The position numbers and the translations under genes are program-made. 64,000 nt of DNA, from the NCBI GenBank assembly GCA_001599295.1, contig BCGN01000001.1, forward strand, positions 1,054,001-1,118,000, written 5' to 3'. Below are positions 24,571 through 36,666 of the stretch, piece by piece; position 1 is the stretch's first letter; each line of letters opens with the position of its first letter. The notes under the pieces were generated by a model that was given only the letters and a program-made list of their open reading frames with translations, made no database searches and was not told the DNA's origin. This DNA is from Sporopachydermia quercuum. Taxonomy: Eukaryota.

Positions 24571-25296
24571 TTATTTTGATTTGATTTTGATTTCACTAAT
24601 ATGAGGAATAGCGTCTTTATGTAATCGACTTCGTTTCTCAAAAATCGTCGAGCTACCATTACTAACAGCTAAAAGTTCTTCAGCGAGTCTTACTGAAAAT
24701 GCATTACTCTTTCTTTTCTTGCTAGCGTCAATAATCCACATCCATGCTCTCCTAATACTTGATTTGGTGCTCAAAGCTTTTGGAACGTGTCTCGCTTTAG
24801 CTGTTCCTGTAGACTGAACTTCCACTTCAACTAAAGGCCTTGCCTTTTCTACGCCAGCTTTCAACAACTTCACTGGATCTTGTCTTGTTCTCAAATACAT
24901 CAAATATAAAGCTTCATTCAAATGACGTCTAGCTTGCTGTTTCTTGCCATTTTTCATAGTCAAATTCACTAAATAATTCAAAAGTTCGTCTCTTTTGACA
25001 GGAATTGGCTTATCTTTCAGAGCTTCAGCTTCTAATTCCTGTTCTACTGTCGGGGTCCATACTGGCTCCTTACCATCTTCTTTGATTGCTTCAACTATTT
25101 GTGGATTTAAATGNCCATCTTCTAATTGTGCTTGGAGGCTCTGTAATTCTTGAGTCCATTTGTCTACTGTAGCATCATCTGGCTCAGCAGCATTCAACTG
25201 AACTTTGGTTGCTGAAATAAACCTGACTGTTGGTGATCTGATACCACTGATACCGATTCGAGATACAGCCCTTCGTTGAAAAAAAGCTTTTAACAT
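24571..25296 (-). CDS. RSM7: Mitochondrial ribosomal protein uS7m
   Basis: Arg-rich presequence from ATG 25296 ('MLKAFFQRRAVSR'). S7 motifs 'VNLTMKNGKKQQA', 'QDPVKLL', 'RRAWMWIIDAS', 'VRLAEEL', 'KRSRLHK.A'. Confidence 0.85.
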   Translation of the reverse strand: MLKAFFQRRAVSRIGISGIRSPTVRFISATKVQLNAAEPDDATVDKWTQELQSLQAQLEDXHLNPQIVEAIKEDGKEPVWTPTVEQELEAEALKDKPIPVKRDELLNYLVNLTMKNGKKQQARRHLNEALYLMYLRTRQDPVKLLKAGVEKARPLVEVEVQSTGTAKARHVPKALSTKSSIRRAWMWIIDASKKRKSNAFSVRLAEELLAVSNGSSTIFEKRSRLHKDAIPHISEIKIKSK

Positions 25297-26170
25297 ATTG
25301 CAAGTATTCGAACAGTAAATATTGACTATCCTTTGCGCGAAAATATCCTGTTTAATAACCAAACGATTTTTTTGTTCAATATTGAGCAAATCTACAATTT
25401 TGAATTCTCTGAGTTTCAACAATCTTTGTATGTCATCATAATATCTCTTAATCATGGCTCTATTGAAAAATCTACATGAAAATTTCCACTACTAAATGCA
25501 GATAAAATGAGTTACTTGATGTATGGGTGTTATTGATAACCTGGAATGAGATATAAAGTCACATTAATGATTATGTAACCTCCAAGTGATAGATGACGAA
25601 TAATTTCTTCGTGGAAGAAGGAATAAGTCATTTGATGTGTAAGCATACCTGGACTATAGAGTTTAATGATTAGTAGTAAGTTTGTTGAAGTCAGCAAAGT
25701 AAAGCAATTAAACGGTTTTTCTGGTATAGTGACTATTTGGTGCCTTAGCACTAGCACTTCTTCTGTTGCAATTTAATTGGCATACAAGTGGAGTCTATAA
25801 TTAAGATTAACGTTTATGCATCTTTGCAGAATTGGTAAAAGCTTATTAGTATGCCATATCAGAACATTTGATCAGAAATATATAATTATCCAAAGAAAAC
25901 ATGAACAGAGCATACTCAAAGAAAAGTTATTAATTTTGCTAGTATTTTGTTGTCGATGAATCTTGGTCGAACCGTTGATCTAGAATAGGTGTAGAATGAA
26001 AAGATGTATGTCGTCAGAATGGAAAGATGTCACTTTCCAGAGTAGATTTTGAAACTCGAACTTTTGAACGGAAAACTGATGGTGTAGCATAGTTTCTTTG
26101 GCATCAGTCTAATAAGATAAAACTATCAATGATTGCGTTTCCTTGGCAACATTTTTTGATTGGATACTTC

Positions 26171-27225
26171 TCAACCAAACTTCATGAACTCTTCACTTGT
26201 TCTCCTCTTATTTGGATGTTCGTCATGAGATTCTTCTAATGAGCGTTTCCCCATTATATTTGAGGGTGCAATTTCAGAAGAGTTTAAGTCTGTAGTGGAA
26301 GGGCTCGTAGCCGAGAAAGTTGATGATTGTTCTGGAGATTTTGGTGCATCCTCAGCGTCTGACTGTTGCGGTCCTTCGTTTGTCTCATCTGCACTTGGAA
26401 TTTCTTTATGTTTTTGCTCTCCTTCTTTTACATCGTTTTCTTTGTTTTTAGAATCGCTGGAAGAGGCCTCTTTGAGCCATAAAATAGGCTCCATAACAAT
26501 ACTTTGATCTTCATACTGGCTCTTACTGTTCAAACTGTAGTGATTATCTGTGGTCTTGTTATATTCATCGGCTCTACTAGAATCATTGAAGTCGACATAA
26601 TAGCTTCCCACATTCACAACTTTATCCAAAGCATTAAGGTATTTATCTGGGCTGGATGGGTTATAGTATTTATTGGGGTAAAGAACTAACTCTACCAGTC
26701 TCTGAATGGTAAATGGAGGTGACTCTCGGAAGTTCTTATCAAGATGCATCAATACCCTGTTCATTACTTGTTTCAAAGTCTGTGTAGATGATGATAACGG
26801 ATTTTTAACTTCTTGCGTCAGGGGCACCGTGAATTTATTGTCCAAGTTCTATTCCCATTGTTAGTTTAGATTGAGTAAAGACAAATTGCTGCTACTCAAA
26901 GCATCACAGCAGTCGATATCGATAGTTATCCTTACTTCATTTATTTTGTTTATTATTCCATCTAATACTACAGACCATTCCAGTATGTTTGTCTCATTAC
27001 NATTCTGATCTCTTATATCTGTGGCCGATGAATCCTTCTTCTCATGTAGATCAATCAACATTTCTAATCTGCCGGTATCAGCAATACGAGATAGGACAAT
27101 GTCATCTAGTCCATTTGGTTAGTTTTGCGTACTTAAGTATTCTGTTACCAGTTACCGACCTTTCACGAAAGAAGCAACTGTGTTTTGTACTTCAAAGTTA
27201 TTATCATACAATCAACCACTTCCAT
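26171..27225 (-). CDS. PSY4: Protein phosphatase 4 regulatory subunit 2 (PPP4R2/Psy4-like; 3 exons, 287 aa)
   Basis: Exons 27225-27210, 27105-26936, 26848-26171. Introns: 27209-27106 (GTATGA..AACTAAC..TAG), 26935-26849 (GTAAGG..AACTAAC..TAG). Product has 'LSRIADTG..EWS' and the hallmark 'PPFTIQRLVELV..P..YY....KYLNALDKVVNV' with an acidic tail. Confidence 0.8.
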
Positions 27226-28827
27226 AGCTGAAGCAGAAGTTATACAGATTACTAAGAGAAATGATGGGTCATCTGCCTCGTGTTAGTTATCTTTGATGTT
27301 TGTTATTGTTTGAGCAGATTGTGTGGATGTTCTCACAGTAATAAATTCAAGTTCAAATGATGAGTATGATGAATACTTATTTCTCAAATCAAATCACTAA
27401 TGAAAATGTTCAAGGTGAATATCTATAAACCTTTGAAGTTCTATCTATTATCATATAGCGAAATTAGATCATTAAAAAATAGGGAACACTAATGCAATTA
27501 AATGATTAGATGATAAAATACTATCTCCAAAGTCATGACAATTATACCTCTTGTCCTAAAACATTTGTCACTGTTTTTTGAGTTTCAACTAGTTCGAAGT
27601 GCAAGAAACCTTAACGTTAATATCTTCCCCATTCTTTTTCTATCAAACTCAACTGATGAATATTTGATTTCAACAACTAATCATGTTTTAGCAGACNAAA
27701 CAAGTCAGAAAAAATGAAAGGAATTGATATCATTGTTGTTCGTTTTATTTCCCTTTTCTTGTTTATTCCTACTAGAGTATTTTGTGGAAGTGATTGATTT
27801 ATCAAAATCTACAGATGAAGCTAGTTATTCAAGAAACATACTAATCGGTGAAGTCGGAAGGTTAGCATTCTATTACATTATTCTATTATATTTTACAATA
27901 ACAACATGTATGTCGTTAACCTTTTGCTATCAATTAGGTTTTTCTATTTAGACCCTCCAGNTCCTTTTCCTTTCAAGGGTCTTGTTTGTCTCGCAAATTT
28001 ATACTTTATACTCATACAATTTCCGAAGATTTTCATGCACCTACCTGCACTTACCCATACGATGAATACTAAAGTCCACTTTATATATTTGAAATTACAA
28101 TTATAAGTAGATGTTTCGTTTTTCTTGTATTGATTCTACAACTGCCCCTAAGATATTTATAAGCTGAGTTTCCCACTCAATATATAAAAGGCTTTGAAGT
28201 ATTTTTTTAGTAATAGTTATATTCTATCTACACAATGTAATACACCCCTTTTTCTTTAGTTTCCTGACTGAAACTGAATTTTTCATATTTGGGTTTTGTA
28301 ATTTTCTTTTCTTAGTTATTCTTACGTTGTCCATATTTGGCAACGTATCTTTTTTCCGTAGACCACTTTTCTCGATGAAAGATTACATAATTCTCATAAA
28401 GGTTCCATCATTTAGTTGAGTTTTTTTACTTTGCCCCAAACATTCTTAAAACAGAGATTAAAATGAAATACTGAAACCCTAAAGTTTATTGTACAAAGTT
28501 TACCAAAACGGAAGTTGAAACTCAAGAAATTATAATTCGTAGAAGCTTAATCTTCTCAAATGAAAGCGAAAAACTAAATATGCCATATTCCTTGGAAGAA
28601 GTGTAATTTTATTCCAGTAATATTTGAAAATGTCTATTCCTTTACTGTGTTGCTTCTTGGAGATNTTGTAAGCTGTAGTTCATAGNAGTTGTTGGAATTA
28701 CCTAACTGAATGTGGTTTCTCTTTTTATTTTTCAGTGTTATAACTTACCAGAAAGAATATAAACAAATATAAAAATCAATACAAATCCTAAACGTCAGAT
28801 TCAAGTGACTAACGTGAGTAGCTTTGT

Positions 28828-30820
28828 CTTTGTAGGTTTGCAAATGAATATTCCAATCTACATCATAAATTGTAACTATATCAGAANCACTTTCATTCGC
28901 TTAGTCAAGTAATAATCATGGCAACTAAAGCGAAAAGTGTCAAGTGGTTTCGCCGGCTAAGAGTCCTAAACAGACATTTCCATTTGGCAGCAGTTTGGAT
29001 TATATACGTTCTTCATTACTATGACTGTCAATGGTGGAGATAGTGCCTACATAAAGCAATTCAAAGGAGATAACTTAAAAGCACGCGTGTGGATATGATA
29101 TGATCTTTCCAAAGACAATTCGATAAGTTTTTTTTGTTTATTGTATTGAGACCAAGGCATTGTTTGGTAATTGTATTGCTTATTCTTGCCGGTAAAATTT
29201 CAAAAATGTGGCTGACAGCATGTTCATTGGTTTGTCTATTCTCAATACAAAACCACGATTTCAACAAAGCTGAGAAAGATAATCAAGCAAAGTTTCCTGA
29301 AGGGACAACTAATCCCAGTTATATAAATTCATTGCAAAATACTATACACATAGTTATAGAGATTATTGTGCAATATTTTATTTATGGTATGGTTAGATAA
29401 CGACACAGATTTTCAACACCTTACTATAACTCAACTAACAAATAATTGAAAAAACTAAAGATCAAAAATTAAAAAATATGAAAAAATATTGTTCATTGGA
29501 AAAGATGATGTTTGAATAATTCAGTTACGCTTAAAGGCATTTCAACCGAGAGTTGACCTTATACTAAAACATCAGTTAAGTTGTTTCTGTCCCATATCAA
29601 CATTGAACCTGTTTCTTCCTCTAATGTAGTGAAATACTTATTCAGATTTATCAACAAATCTTTTGATCATTCTACAGCAACTGATACATATTACGAAGAT
29701 AGTACAGAAAACTTTGAAGTTCCAACTATTTAACAGGACAATATATTACTGCCGAGATAGCAGCTCTAAGAATATTTGAATTTCCTCACAAAAGTTTTCC
29801 TTCCTGCTATATGTTATGTTATACCTTTGAATTTCACCTGCCTTCACAAGTTTTGTTTAACGATGCTGACTACGATACAAGTTTAGAACAATTACAATAT
29901 TCTGAGTCTCAATTTTACGGTACCTCAAAACAAGAATTTAGTTCATATTACAACTATATCGACTTTGTCCATCATTGCAGACGGGAGAACAAATGGATTT
30001 CAAGGTCAAAAGCAAGTGTCATTGTAAAACTACAGAGAATATGTCCTTCTATGCTTTAGGTATATTACTTTTCACTTTATTAGAACATGTGGCAGTTCCC
30101 AACCTTTTTTATCCTCGGGATGTCAAGTTTCAAAAAGGCCTGAGGCTAGCTTAAGTCAATTCCTATGGCAGATGATTCTTGGAGTTTATTCTTTAAAGAG
30201 GCAGCAGAATATTCAACCCCTATGAGATCATGATATCAGTTTGCTCACTATCTAAAAGGTGGATACTGTAATACAACATCATCAACCTTTATATTCTTAA
30301 TAAAATGCCGATCATTTACAAGTGATATGGAAGATNCTTTACTTTATCATTATAGCATTCACCATGCTCAGATCACTCAAGAATTACTTCAAACAGCAGT
30401 TCTGATATGGGTTATGTCAAACTGCAATATTTCCTTAAATATAAGAAAAATTACGCAATGCAAATTCTATTTAATGATAACTGTGCTTCTTTATTACGTA
30501 ATGCTAAAATTCTATTTGGAGAGAAATGATTAGATTCTGCTCAAGATCATATTCAACTTTTAAGTGATAGCTTACTACTTTTAACGGAAAAACAATTATT
30601 GACTTTCAACTTCGTGAGCAATCAATTAAGGATCATTCAGAATCAGAGAATCAGCCTTTTTCTAAATAGGTTGTTACTAACATAATCCATATCACTATCT
30701 TGCTATGTATGAATACCTAGTCCAAGATGAGTAAAAGGCTGGTGTCCTGCTTTCATTTTTTCATAATTCAAACTATTATGCTGACTCAATTCAAAATTAT
30801 GATTATATCAAGAAGAATAA
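28828..30820 (+). mobile_element. Degenerate Helitron (rolling-circle transposon) Rep/Helicase fossil
   Basis: Collinear frameshifted peptides: LCRFANEY..NYIR (28828-28885); motif 1 IWQQFGLYTFFITMTVN (28982-29032); HUH motif 2 LFGNCIAYSCR/VKFQKCG*QHVHWFVY (29160-29239); motif 3 PYTKTSVKLFLSHINIEPVSSSNVVKYLFRFINKSFD (29557-29667); NYLTGQYITAEIAALRIFEFPH..FHLP (29724-~29842); DDSWSLFFKEAAEYSTP..QFAHYL (30171-30254); PIF1 helicase lead-in LTEKQLLTFNFV..ISLFLN (30581-30667). Element ends not resolved. Confidence 0.85.
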
Positions 30821-31939
30821 TTATCTTTGCATGCAGTGATATCTTTACCAAAATGAATAAACAACCAATAAATCGCTTTCTTTTTTTTATATATCATTAA
30901 ACAACAAATTAATAGGGGTACAGTAAAGCATAGATGGTATCAAACGTGAATCAGAATGTATAATTCAGAAACCAACAATAGTAATCCTGAGAGAATTAAC
31001 GTCTTAACTTCAATCAAGGTTTACTAATTTAAGTTTATAAGCTTAGCTACAGCTTTTTAAGTTTAAGTTTAATTGTTAGGTGAAATTTATTTCTCATCAA
31101 TTATTGCTTGACTCATTTACTACGGTTTGTGAAGAAAATTGTGTTTTGGAAACAATTATAAGTGCCCAAATATCACTTTGTACTATTTCAGTTTATCCAA
31201 TTTCCTCTCACTTCGAANNTTTGTAATTTCTCTTCCAGTTATTGCGAATAAGATCTCAAGATTGTTCTGTGTTATTGCTCTTTCTTTACTAGTTCAAGAA
31301 ATTGGTAATGTCATCATAAGTCGCATTATTCGCCATTTCCAAAACTCCTATAAGAACAAGCAAAAATCTCACTTTCTGGAGCGGAACAATAATATAATCT
31401 GTAAATAAAGATGTATATAGATAAATCAAATAACAATGAGTTCATCTTCTCTTACTGTCGCAACCTTTTCTTATCTAGAGCAAATGGAACTTCGAACAAG
31501 NAATAAATTCTTTACTATGTATTCCTGTTAATATATATAAACTATAACTTTGTAATTCTATGTACCTTCAGTATAGGCAGGACTACTTAGTCCTGAGGTG
31601 TATGTACTGCAAAACTGAGTTTGTTACAAAATTGATGTCACAGCTGTTGATGCTTCTATTTCAACCTCATTTTCGCTGGGATATTTTGACAAGTCTGCTG
31701 AGCGGATATTCGGATTTTCCGCAATGGCATTCAGCAAATATTTCAACTATGCTCCAACAAAGCAACCCTAATATTAAAGCTGGTTAAGACACCATTATTG
31801 AAAATATAAACTATACGTATAACGCCTTTTATTTACAATTCGGCCAGCAATGTTTCCTACAAACCTTTTGTTNTTCAATCGCTTTTATTTCCAAAAAAAA
31901 AAAGTAGAAAGACGACTCCTTCCAAAATTTCAATTCCAA

Positions 31940-31962
31940 CATGAAACCAAATTGGTTTCATG
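31940..31962. repeat. Perfect 11-bp inverted repeat with 1-nt centre
   Basis: CATGAAACCAA-A-TTGGTTTCATG. Confidence 0.9.
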
Positions 31963-32806
31963 ATCTCCTGAGGAAACCCACCTTAATGATACCTATCAAG
32001 CCGTAGATCAAATGACTGATGAACAGCTGTGATTTAACATCCCTACCTCAAGATATATCTGCACGTAATAAAAGGTTGATTGCCAAAAATGAACCCACTA
32101 TAATTACTTGCAGAAAANGTTCATTATCTAAAAGCCGAACATTTGATAGCTTGAGTTAATGTTTATTATATTTTACTCCTCTAACCACTTCATTTCATTA
32201 TTCTCTTAATTTAAGGTTGGATCTTTCTTACTATGTTCTTTTCTCACTTCACTTTATGTTCTTCGTACAATGAATCACACTTTTTGATCAATTATCTATT
32301 TACTTTCAGTACTACTTTCAATTCTTTGTTGGTATCCCAGTGGTTATACTATCTGCTATAATATATTCATTTAAATCAATCAGTATACATATTTTTATAT
32401 ATTTTTTGCGTAAGCTCTCCACTCTTGGTTATTGTTTAAGTTGAAGGATTTATGCGAAAAGTGCATTAACCAGCATGAAATTTCTTGACTTTTTACTTAG
32501 CCTTCTCCATTTCTACATATTTTCTGTTTCATTCTACTATATTTATTAGATATTAGGGTCTACATGAGGGTCTCATCTTCCAATTATCAACATCAAGATT
32601 ACTGAGATTCTCAGATCCCATCAACTTATTAAACGTTCCCAATTTTTTGAGCCACTACACTACGTAAACAGAATTAGTTAAGCGTGAGGCGCTCTAGTAA
32701 GTATTAAAAAGACGCTAAAAAAGAAACAATTCCTAAAACTGCAAAACCAATAAAAAACATCAGAATTATGAGCCTGTTCATGAGTTGAATAGATCTACTC
32801 AATAGA

Positions 32807-33613
32807 TTATTCACTAGAGAGAACCGTGCCTGGCATATAGTAGGGCTTTGGAACAAAATAAGAATTTTGTTTAGTAGCAATACCAGCATAACCATTATAG
32901 AAGCCAGTGACACTTAAAGCAAGTGCAAAAGCGCCACCAGCTTTCTTTGTCGTTTCACTACCGGTGAAGTCAGCGATTACCAATAGTAAAATCATTATGA
33001 ACACTTGTGCAATGAGTAAACAGAACGATAATGTCGACCTCAATGTCATAGTCCACATGATAAGAGTGAAGACCAAAAATGGTAATGATAGAAATCCTGT
33101 CGCATTTCTGAATTCTACAGGATCATCAGCGTATGCAGCTTGAACTCCAAATGATGGGTGCAATACTGCACCAAATGAAAGGAAAAATCCACCAAAGTTA
33201 CAAAGTAAAACTGCACCATATGTATTTTCAACAATAAGTTCCCAAATACCAGCAATAATTTGTAGAAGACCTCCATGGAAAAAGCAAAGACCAACTAAAA
33301 TATTCGGGCGGTGAACATCAAGTCCTCCTACATAAATGCAACCAAGGGTAAAGACAGAAATAGAGAATGCCATCAAACCAATGGGTGCAGGATTACCAAA
33401 TTTTCTTTGAGGGGCATGCTGAATACTTGGTACTAAAGTACCAGCAAATGCTTGAACAAATTCATCTTTATGAAATCTGCTCTCACCCAAATGAATATAT
33501 TCCGCATTGGCACCTGATGTGCGAATTCTTCCAATTGGTTCTGTGAGGTCAGAATGATGATTAGTAGTTTGTTTTTCAAAATCTATGGAGTCACCGGATC
33601 TTGAGTCAGTCAT
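32807..33613 (-). CDS. GPR1/FUN34/YaaH (ATO/ADY2, AceTr) acetate/ammonium transporter
   Basis: Signature 'FGNPAPIGL', 'GGLLQIIAGIWEL..ENTYG', variant N-terminal 'AFAGTLVP' (canonical AFGGTLNP) and six TM segments. ATG is at 33613. Confidence 0.92.
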   Translation of the reverse strand: MTDSRSGDSIDFEKQTTNHHSDLTEPIGRIRTSGANAEYIHLGESRFHKDEFVQAFAGTLVPSIQHAPQRKFGNPAPIGLMAFSISVFTLGCIYVGGLDVHRPNILVGLCFFHGGLLQIIAGIWELIVENTYGAVLLCNFGGFFLSFGAVLHPSFGVQAAYADDPVEFRNATGFLSLPFLVFTLIMWTMTLRSTLSFCLLIAQVFIMILLLVIADFTGSETTKKAGGAFALALSVTGFYNGYAGIATKQNSYFVPKPYYMPGTVLSSE

Positions 33614-36600
33614 TTTGATCAATTGAAAAATATAGCTAAAATTCCTTTTTTTCTTTCTGAAAAGATAATAATGAGTGAGACTGATTAATAGTCTAGTAGT
33701 GTTTGTCTAATCTTTATTAATTGAGTTCTCTTTGGTTATTTGGAGTAGTGAAATTAAAAGAATATGAAAATCATTTAGGATTGTACTTGATAGAAGGCGG
33801 ACTCGATGCTTTTTATAATTAATTCCTTTACTATTTTATTTATTTCTTGGTATTATAGCACGCCCTGAATTAAATCATGAGATTCTATCAAACGTTTTTA
33901 GTGCTGAATGTAATACCAAAACTTGGAAGTGTTGAAATGTTGAAAAACAAAGTTCACACTAGTGTCGAAGTTTATTTTTCTAATTTGCGGGGGAAATAAG
34001 TATCAATATCTCAAAATTAAACGAGTGTTGCGCAAGATGGTAGAACTTTTTTTTGGAATTAAGGATTTAGTTACATTGGGGGTGAACAACCAAACCCTGC
34101 ATTCAATGAAATCTCACTGTTGTTGATATGCATAATGAATTAAGCTGAACGGAGGAAAATAAAGTTGTAAGCTTGAACATTAGGTTATGCCATACGGGTC
34201 TTATTTTAAGCTTCACACATTACGATGAGTTTTCCCTGCCTTGCTGATTTTGATAATAGCAGTGAAATGTAGTAACAATATGCTGTTTCTGCAGTTTATT
34301 CAAAAGCTTTGTCAGAAAATATTGAGAGATTTAATTGTATTNCTTTCTTTAATATAATTTGATTGTCTCGCTCAGTAATGATCTCAATGGAAAATATTAT
34401 TTCTCAAATTCAGTTCCCCTAGGTAGACCCAATCAAAAATTTCAATGATGAATAAATCTCAATATAATTATTACTGGTAATAATTCTCAGATCAACTATA
34501 GAGTTATAGTCTTTTGAAAGTATATGTTACTCTCCACCATGAAGTGATTATTCAGTTGATTGTCCTCCTCGTGTGTCTGACCTACAATTAGCGTCCTGTT
34601 CGCTCATTCGTCATTGCTCAACAAAAGTATTGGAACAAAATTAAAATAATAAAATAACAAGGCTACGGCAATCATATAACAACCATCATACTACAAATTG
34701 AAATCTTTAAGTTCATTAAATAAACCAACTACCAATAGTATAAGTAAAGTCACAGGGTGGAAATCTTTATGCGTTCAAAATTCTCACCTTTTTTGCTTGC
34801 CTCGGGGAGTTCTAAATTTAATACAAAATAAGCTTTGAGCCCAAGAAAAAAGAGGTAAACTCAATTCTGAATTATTGATTCCTCAAACAAAACTGATAAG
34901 TCACCAATGGGATATGTTTTCAACATCTCTTGAATGAAGGGTTTAAATGTTTTTCTAAAAATGTTCTTTTAATGTCGTGAGTTTACTTGGTCGAAACTCG
35001 GTTGAGGTTTGACTTGTTGAAAGTTTGAGGTAATTAGCCTAAGTGTGGAACAAAGTCTGCTTTTTCTAACCATTAAGGTTTCTCTTCTTGTGTATTATGT
35101 CATTTTTCTTTCATTTAATATTCACGAATCAAAGCCTCTTTGAAAGAAGTTTCAGTAACTTTTTTGTTAAATAATAGCGTATTGATTACGGTAATAGAAT
35201 GTAGAGGAGTAACTGAGTTGTGGGGAACTCATCGATTTTCGTTGATTAACAACCGAAATGTATGCTACTGGGCAAACAGCAAACTCTATCTCAATTGTTA
35301 GCCGTTCTGGGAATTGAAACTCTGCATCTTCAGACTTGAGGTTTTCCATTGTAATCAAACTTAATATCAGTTTTACCTTCCCGATTTGATACTTATACAT
35401 ATTTGTCAAACTCTATTTAATAATGCTTTTACATGTTCTATCAAATCTCGGTTATTGTAGAAAGAGGGAGAGAAAACTTTCTGAGGAGGTCGCAACAATT
35501 TCTGTCCCAACTGAAAGTGAAAACCCGATATCCATCTTTCTGCATGCTGAGAACCCTAAAGCTGTCAATTTTTTTACAGAATGAGATTTCAAGATGGTAG
35601 TATATGAATTTACCCGAAATGGAATTTGCGGTCTTCCTTATCGTCTTGCTGAAATGTAGATGAATGAGTATTAACTATGAAGCAGGTTAATATTAAGTAA
35701 GTATCACTAAGTATATATTCATCTCGAATTCTAGTTCTTCCTATCTCTCTAGTTATTTAAATTATTTGTCGTTTTCTGGTTCAGCTGGGTGTTCAATTCC
35801 AATGGCGGTAGTCAGTTATATTGGATTTAGTAACTCCTTGTTAAAGCGTGAAATCAGGAGGAAAACTTATCCACTATTCCGGTGGGGTAAAATGGTGGGG
35901 TATCACAACCCGTTTTGTAGCATCCGAAATGTAGCTCTTCAGAAGGAGATCCAATGTTTAGTCCATTTCAATTGATCTTGTCACGTATTACAGCATTTTC
36001 TAGATAACATATATTAATTGAATTTTAACTATATTATGGAAAGAATAAATGCTTACGACCTTCACCCTTCACTATGCAATTGTCTGATTATTGTACTGCA
36101 TGTTACTGCTAAACCATATTGATTGTATTGTTCTTATTACTGTTTTCTAACAATTCAAAGTATATGAAGACATTGAGTTTCTGGATGATAAGCAATCAGG
36201 CGATTTAGGATAGTTGTAGTGTTGATGATATACCATTGAATATCGAGCAATCATTACAAGCGCAAGCTCTACTAAAATGATTACTGCCAAGTGATAAACC
36301 AATAATTTTGGGCAGAACAAAAGTTTGTAACAGAAAGCCTACTACAACACTACAGAATCAAGAAGTAAATCAGAAAGTCAATTCCAAACAATATGAAGGA
36401 ATAAAAGGAACTAATGCATGAGANAAAAATACCATATAAGCACTATTTGATGATGTATAAGAAAACAGCATGAATCAGATTTCTAGTAATTCCGATGAAA
36501 AAGAAGATATCAACACTGGGACTATGCAATGTGCATTTATCAGATTAATAGAACTATTTCATACATTTAAATGTTGCTTTTTTTAGTTGAATTGAAATAA

Positions 36601-36666
36601 ATCAAACCTTACAAGATAAACAAGTACGTAAAGTATAGTAACCGTAAAAACATAAAGCTATCTTCT

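Noticed and set aside
29811..30533. ORFs 29811-30059 and 30327-30533 as independent small genes
   Set aside because: They are in-frame fragments of the decayed Helitron RepHel.
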